A stretch of 64,000 nucleotides of DNA from Candidatus Micrarchaeia archaeon (GTDB lineage: Archaea > Micrarchaeota > Micrarchaeia > Burarchaeales > JACRGF01). Below are positions 59,336 through 64,000 of the stretch, in pieces (the stretch's first letter is position 1; each line of letters opens with the position of its first letter). The translations under genes and the position numbers were made by a program. The DNA is taken from the NCBI GenBank assembly GCA_038890815.1, contig JAWAFC010000002.1, forward strand, positions 41,067 to 105,066, given 5' to 3'. A model generated the notes under the pieces. It was given only the letters and a program-made list of their open reading frames with translations, was not told the DNA's origin and did not search any database.

Positions 59336-60517
59336 ATGCGCATCTGCATGGTATCAACCGATTTTCCATATGCCACCGCTAGGGGCGTGATCACCCAAGG
59401 CGGAGGTGGGGCCTGCATCGCCCAGCTAGTGGAGGCACTCCTTCGAAGAGGGCATAAGGTTACTGTAGTCACGCGAGCCGAAGAAAGCGGCCCCGTAAAG
59501 GAATTGTTTAACATTCCAATTATACGCACGCGTTTCGCCTGGCTAGGCTTCCGTGAGAGCAAAATAACCCACTCGCTGTTTTCCTTGCCAGCGCTCTTTC
59601 GCGTGCTGGCAAGCGGACACTTCGATCTTATTCACGCTCACAATCCAGCAGCCGCGCTTCCATCTATCCTCGCTGCCCGTTGGTTCTGCCTCCCCTTACT
59701 TCTCACCATGCACGGCCCCTGGGCGAGTGTGAGGCAGCGTGCTGTCATCAGATGGCTTGCGCGCAGAATAGAGCACATAGCACTGCTAGGGGCTGACCAT
59801 ATCACTGCCGATTCACACGCGTTACTGAACGAACTTGTGGCAATTCATCACCTCTCACGCTCGAAATTCACCTGCATCCCAAACGCTGTGGACACCACAA
59901 TGTTTTCTCCGGAAAAGATGACGCAGTCTGCCGCACGACGAAAACTTGGCCTCCCCGCAAAAGGAAAGGTTGTTTTGTTTACTGGCAGGTTTGTGGCAGA
60001 GAAGGGCTTGCCCGATCTCCTCGAAGCAGCATCCATACTTTTGGGGAAAGGCGAAAAATTCACCCTACTCTTAATTGGTGGCGGTTTTGATGAGCATGTC
60101 GTCAGGGATTGGTTAGCACGGCACAATGGCTTCCGCAACCACATCATCGTTAAGCCTTACGTCGCGTACGAGAACATGCCAATAGCGTACATTGCCAGCG
60201 ATGTGTTTGCACTTCCTTCCCTAGCCGAAGGCATGTCACGTTCTCTGATGGAGGCCGTAGCGTGCGGCAGGCCAGTTATCGCGACAGATGTAGGAGGTAA
60301 TCCCGAGATAGTGCAGAGGGAATTTGGCATGCTGGTTCCGCCGCGAAACCCACCGGCTCTGGCCGAAGCCATCCACGTACTCCTCGCAGACGAGAAAAAA
60401 AGGAAAAAGATGGGAATGGCGGCGAGGGCTTTTGCCCAAAAACACCTGAGCATCGCTGCAAGGGTGCGCGCCTTCGAAAAAATCTACGAAAAACTGGTGG
60501 CGGGATGTGCGGAATAG
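59336..60517 (+). CDS. Family-4 glycosyltransferase
   Basis: The GT4 C-terminal motif EGMSRSLMEAVACGRPVIATDVGGNPEIV. Confidence 0.65.
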   Translation: MRICMVSTDFPYATARGVITQGGGGACIAQLVEALLRRGHKVTVVTRAEESGPVKELFNIPIIRTRFAWLGFRESKITHSLFSLPALFRVLASGHFDLIHAHNPAAALPSILAARWFCLPLLLTMHGPWASVRQRAVIRWLARRIEHIALLGADHITADSHALLNELVAIHHLSRSKFTCIPNAVDTTMFSPEKMTQSAARRKLGLPAKGKVVLFTGRFVAEKGLPDLLEAASILLGKGEKFTLLLIGGGFDEHVVRDWLARHNGFRNHIIVKPYVAYENMPIAYIASDVFALPSLAEGMSRSLMEAVACGRPVIATDVGGNPEIVQREFGMLVPPRNPPALAEAIHVLLADEKKRKKMGMAARAFAQKHLSIAARVRAFEKIYEKLVAGCAE

Positions 60518-62262
60518 CCGGCTACTGTGGCGAAGGGGACAGACAGCTCGTGCGGAAGATGCTCAAGACTATTTCCTACAGGGGACCTGACGATGAGGGG
60601 GTGTATGTTGATGACCGCGCCGGCCTAGGCAACCGGCGCCTCAGCATCATCGATCTCAAGACAGGCAGACAGCCCATTTCGAACGAGGACGGGAGCGTGT
60701 GGATTGTATACAACGGCGAGCTATACAACCACCTCCTGTTGCGCGCCGAGCTCGAAGCCAGGCGCCATCGCTTCGTCACTCGCAGCGACACTGAGGTGTT
60801 CGTACATGCTTATGAAGAGTGGGGTCCTGCCTTTGTCGAACGGCTTCGCGGTATGTATGCGTTCGCGCTGTGGGACAGTAGGAAAAAACAACTTCTCCTC
60901 GCAAGAGATGAAGCTGGCGTCAAACCACTTTACTACTCGCTCCGCAATGGAACCCTCTACTTCGGCTCCGAAATTAAGTGCATGTTGGAAAACAAAGACC
61001 TTCCGCACGCCCTTTATCTCCCTGCGGTTGACTGCTATTTCTCCTTTGGAAGCGTTTTCGGAAGCCAGACGATGTTCGAGGGAATAAAAAAGCTAGAGCC
61101 CGGGACGTACGCTCTCTACAGCGCGCGCGCAAAACGCCTGACATTCAAGCGCTTTTGGCGCCTGCGTTTTGCCCCTTCTATTCGCTCGCTTCACGAAGCA
61201 TCAGAGCGCCTGTTCGACCTTCTTAAGGAAAGTGTGGAGCTCCAGCTGATGTCCGATGTTCCACTAGGCGCCTTTCTTTCTGGCGGCATTGACTCGAGTG
61301 GGGTGGTCGCATTCATGTCAAAAGCGCTTCAGAGACCAGTCAGGACATTCACCATCGGCTTTGACGAGGAGAGCGACGAGCTTACATTCGCCAGGGAGGT
61401 AAGCGAGCTTTTCGGAACGCATCACAGGGAAAAAATTGTTGAGGATGATGATGCGGTCAGATTGCTTCCAGTGCTTCCATATTATTTCGACGACTTGACG
61501 GGCGATGCAGCTGCTGTGCCGACATTTTTTGTCGCAAAGCTAGCCCACCGCTTTGTTAAGACAGTGCTCACGGGCGAAGGGGGCGACGAGCTGTTCGCCG
61601 GCTATAACCGCTATAAGATATTCTCACCATGGTTCGACTTTATCCCAAAAAGCATCCGCTTATATTTTTTTGAAAGCGTGGTGAGTATTTTTCAAGATGC
61701 GCACAAGAGAGCTTTTTACTCCCCTCGCCTCCTCGCCGCAAAGCGTGATTGGTCTGCTGTTTTCCTGCGCCCGTATTTTGAAGGGAAGGTGGGTGGCCTT
61801 GACCAAGCTCTCGCCTTTGGCTTTGAGCAAGTCCTGCCAAATCAGCTGCTTGCTAAAGTTGATAGAGCTGCTATGGCGAATTCGCTCGAGGCACGTGTGC
61901 CGCTGCTCGACAAAGAACTTGCTACATTTTCAGGGAGATTATTCCCTAGCCTGAAAATGAGCGGAATCCAGGGAAAATTCGTGCTGCGAAAAGTTATGGA
62001 GCGGATTCTCCCAAAACGCATTATCCAGAGACCAAAACATGGATTTGACGTTCCATGGCAAAGATGGTTCTCGGGAGAAGTCGGTGAATTCGCAGAACAA
62101 GTTTTTGATGAGGGAACAAACAACTTACTCCTCGCTTCAGCGGTTAAAAAAGAAATGCGTCGTGCCTCCTTCTCTGGGAAAGGCAAGAAGCCGCTCATGC
62201 GCGCCTGGCATATCCTACTGTTTGAGCTGTGGATGAGAAGGTGGTTTCCGGATGAGTACTGA
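60505..62262 (+). CDS. asnB: Asparagine synthetase-like glutamine amidotransferase, paralogue 3
   Basis: MCGIAGYCG N-terminus and the FLSGGIDSSGVVA PP-loop. Confidence 0.8.
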   Translation: MCGIAGYCGEGDRQLVRKMLKTISYRGPDDEGVYVDDRAGLGNRRLSIIDLKTGRQPISNEDGSVWIVYNGELYNHLLLRAELEARRHRFVTRSDTEVFVHAYEEWGPAFVERLRGMYAFALWDSRKKQLLLARDEAGVKPLYYSLRNGTLYFGSEIKCMLENKDLPHALYLPAVDCYFSFGSVFGSQTMFEGIKKLEPGTYALYSARAKRLTFKRFWRLRFAPSIRSLHEASERLFDLLKESVELQLMSDVPLGAFLSGGIDSSGVVAFMSKALQRPVRTFTIGFDEESDELTFAREVSELFGTHHREKIVEDDDAVRLLPVLPYYFDDLTGDAAAVPTFFVAKLAHRFVKTVLTGEGGDELFAGYNRYKIFSPWFDFIPKSIRLYFFESVVSIFQDAHKRAFYSPRLLAAKRDWSAVFLRPYFEGKVGGLDQALAFGFEQVLPNQLLAKVDRAAMANSLEARVPLLDKELATFSGRLFPSLKMSGIQGKFVLRKVMERILPKRIIQRPKHGFDVPWQRWFSGEVGEFAEQVFDEGTNNLLLASAVKKEMRRASFSGKGKKPLMRAWHILLFELWMRRWFPDEY

Positions 62263-63124
62263 CCATCACAAACGCCTCGAAGCCGCGCTAACACGTATTT
62301 ATGCATCCATTTCGCGCAGGCCATCTCGCTCGTACTACGAGAGCCAGCTTAGAAACTGGCGCGATGAAATTGTAAGCCATGAGCTCATCGCAGCACAACT
62401 CCTTCAGCAACTCCAGAAATGGACAAGCTCCAAAACATATTGCCGTATATTGGATGTAGGATGCGGCACGGGCGATTTGGTCCTTGCTTTTGCAAAGAAC
62501 ACTTCCGCAACAGGCATCGACATAGATCACCAGTTCATTAAGGCTGCAAAACTTAAAGCAGTTTACCTCAGAAGGAAAAAAGCGCGTTTTTTTGTTGCAA
62601 GAGCAGAGAACCTGCCGTTTCCAGACAATTATTTTGATCTAGTTGTTTGCAAAACAACTCTCGAGCATGTAAACGATGTGGAAAAAGCCATTTCCGAAAT
62701 GGTTCGTGTACTTAAACCAGGTGGCTGGATGTATATAGAGGCGCCAAACTATTTCTGGATTTGGGAGGGACATTATGGGCTTTTTATGTTTCCTCTTCTT
62801 CCCAAATCACTTTTCAAGTTATATGCACGCTTGGTCGGTAAAGATCCAGCATTTATTCAGTACATCAATTACCTAACTCCTTGGCAGCTCGAGCATTTGA
62901 TGAAAAAGTTTGGGTTATGGTTTAAAAATCTCTCACCGGAGAGATACCGACGAATCATGACGCACCCTGAAGAGCTCTCAAAGGACTCTAAGCCAAGACA
63001 TTTTTGGCTTCTCAGAATACTTTCGCGGATCGGACTCTCACAACTTTTAAGTGCACTCATGTTATCGCTTAAATTCTATCCATCGCTTATCTACCTCGCG
63101 CAAAAGCCAAAAGGGGCAAACTGA
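62252..63124 (+). CDS. Class I SAM-dependent methyltransferase
   Basis: ILDVGCGTGDLVLAF (motif I) and DLVVCKTTLEHV (motif II). Confidence 0.6.
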   Translation: MSTDHHKRLEAALTRIYASISRRPSRSYYESQLRNWRDEIVSHELIAAQLLQQLQKWTSSKTYCRILDVGCGTGDLVLAFAKNTSATGIDIDHQFIKAAKLKAVYLRRKKARFFVARAENLPFPDNYFDLVVCKTTLEHVNDVEKAISEMVRVLKPGGWMYIEAPNYFWIWEGHYGLFMFPLLPKSLFKLYARLVGKDPAFIQYINYLTPWQLEHLMKKFGLWFKNLSPERYRRIMTHPEELSKDSKPRHFWLLRILSRIGLSQLLSALMLSLKFYPSLIYLAQKPKGAN

Positions 63125-64000
63125 TGGAGTGTGTGATCACCGGCGGTGCCGGTTTCATCGGCTCGCATCTTGCCGATGCGTTGATCGCAAAGGGCCGTAC
63201 TACAGTAATCGTTGATAATTTAGTTGAAGGAAAGAGAGAAAACATAAACCCAATGGCGCGTTTTTTCAAAGTCGATCTCTTACGTACCGAGCTTTTCCGC
63301 ATTTTTAAAGGAGCTGACAGCGTTTTCCATTTTGCAGCCGACCCGTTTGTCCGCCGGAGCACCGAAAATCCTGAGCTGAGCTTCCGGCAGAATGTGCTCA
63401 CAACCTTCCGCGTGCTCGAGGCCTGCAGAAAAGCTGATGTAAAGCAAATCGTTTTTGCGTCGTCAAGCGTTGTTTACGGAGAAGCAAAACAGATTCCAAC
63501 TCCAGAAGACGCCCCTCTTGAACCTATCAGCAACTACGGCGCTAGCAAACTTGCGGGCGAGGCCTACTGCTCTTCCTACGCTCATTCCTATGGTATACGC
63601 GCTACCGTTCTGCGCTATGCCAATATTTTCGGTCCACGCGCCCGCCATGGCGTGATGTGGGATTTCTACTGGAAGCTGCGGCACAATCCCGCCAGACTTG
63701 AAATCCTCGGAGATGGAAAGCAGAAAAAAAGCTATCTCTTTGTGAGTGATGCTATTTCCGCTACACTAATCGCCGCAGAAAGACAGAAGCGGATTTTTGA
63801 AATATTCAATGTCGGAAGCGAGGAGGCAATTACTGTGAATAGGATTGCACGCGTTGTGTGCCGTGAACTTGGTGTGCGCCCGCGTTTCGTCTATACAGGT
63901 GGAAGGCGCGGCTGGCCCGGTGACATTCCGTGCATGTTGCTTAGCATTGACAAGCTAAAGCGCTTGGGCTGGAGGTCGAAAGTCCCATTCGTGGAGGGGG
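63124..64000 (+). CDS. NAD-dependent nucleotide-sugar epimerase/dehydratase (GalE-like SDR), 3'-partial at window end
   Basis: MECVITGGAGFIGSHL and the YGASKLAGE catalytic motif. The reading frame is open to position 64000. Confidence 0.7.
   Translation, partial: MECVITGGAGFIGSHLADALIAKGRTTVIVDNLVEGKRENINPMARFFKVDLLRTELFRIFKGADSVFHFAADPFVRRSTENPELSFRQNVLTTFRVLEACRKADVKQIVFASSSVVYGEAKQIPTPEDAPLEPISNYGASKLAGEAYCSSYAHSYGIRATVLRYANIFGPRARHGVMWDFYWKLRHNPARLEILGDGKQKKSYLFVSDAISATLIAAERQKRIFEIFNVGSEEAITVNRIARVVCRELGVRPRFVYTGGRRGWPGDIPCMLLSIDKLKRLGWRSKVPFVEG

Overview
This 64-kb window reads as an archaeal chromosome segment. The evidence is several tRNA genes with no encoded CCA and with bulge-helix-bulge-type introns (some at non-canonical positions, one with two introns), an initiator tRNA-Met with an A1:U72 pair, ribosomal protein L40e, an archaeal-type iPGM (ApgM), a CTP-dependent riboflavin kinase with an N-terminal HTH, class-III (prepilin-type) signal peptides, a dolichyl-phosphate GlcNAc-1-P transferase, and A/T-rich TATA-like boxes ~25 nt upstream of mostly leaderless starts. 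Background GC is ~60-63%, with clearly lower-GC patches. The first ~24 kb carries housekeeping and envelope genes: the N-terminal part of a 2-oxoacid:ferredoxin oxidoreductase, a ferredoxin, a thioredoxin, an Endo-IV-family gene, an MFS transporter, apgM, an HDAC-family gene, ribK, a GT4/GT5 synthase, rpiA, a PAP2 phosphatase plus a dolichol-kinase-like gene, two Cys-rich secreted glycoprotein candidates, four tandem prepilin-like genes flanked by two tRNA-Met genes, and a 1255-aa membrane/coiled-coil/Roadblock protein with a HEAT-repeat partner. A tRNA-Leu / rpl40e / tRNA-Thr cluster follows. The middle holds purA, trmI, a GNAT, a peroxiredoxin-sod operon divergent from an Lrp/AsnC regulator, a low-GC arsR-thioredoxin-arsP cassette, tRNA-Leu, a PAC2-family protein and a FlaJ/TadC-like membrane protein. 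Two copies of a ~310-390 bp hairpin-rich repeat element lie 8.6 kb apart (24637-25030 and 33673-33980). From ~34.8 kb to the window end there is a large glycosylation / nucleotide-sugar locus: a class-II-like HMG-CoA reductase, a GT-C-like membrane protein, an AglH-like phosphoglycosyltransferase, three sugar nucleotidyltransferases (one fused to an RHH domain), a phosphohexomutase, UDP-xylose synthase, WbpP/WbpO-like epimerase and dehydrogenase, ugd, three AsnB-type amidotransferases, GT2/GT4 glycosyltransferases, a NodU/CmcH carbamoyltransferase, methyltransferases and a Wzx-like flippase. A ~12-kb segment inside it (about 45.2-57.2 kb) falls to ~35-50% GC. All identifications rest on reading the sequence and ORF translations against remembered family motifs. 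No database search was run, and start codons are often approximate because TTG/GTG starts and leaderless transcripts are evidently used.
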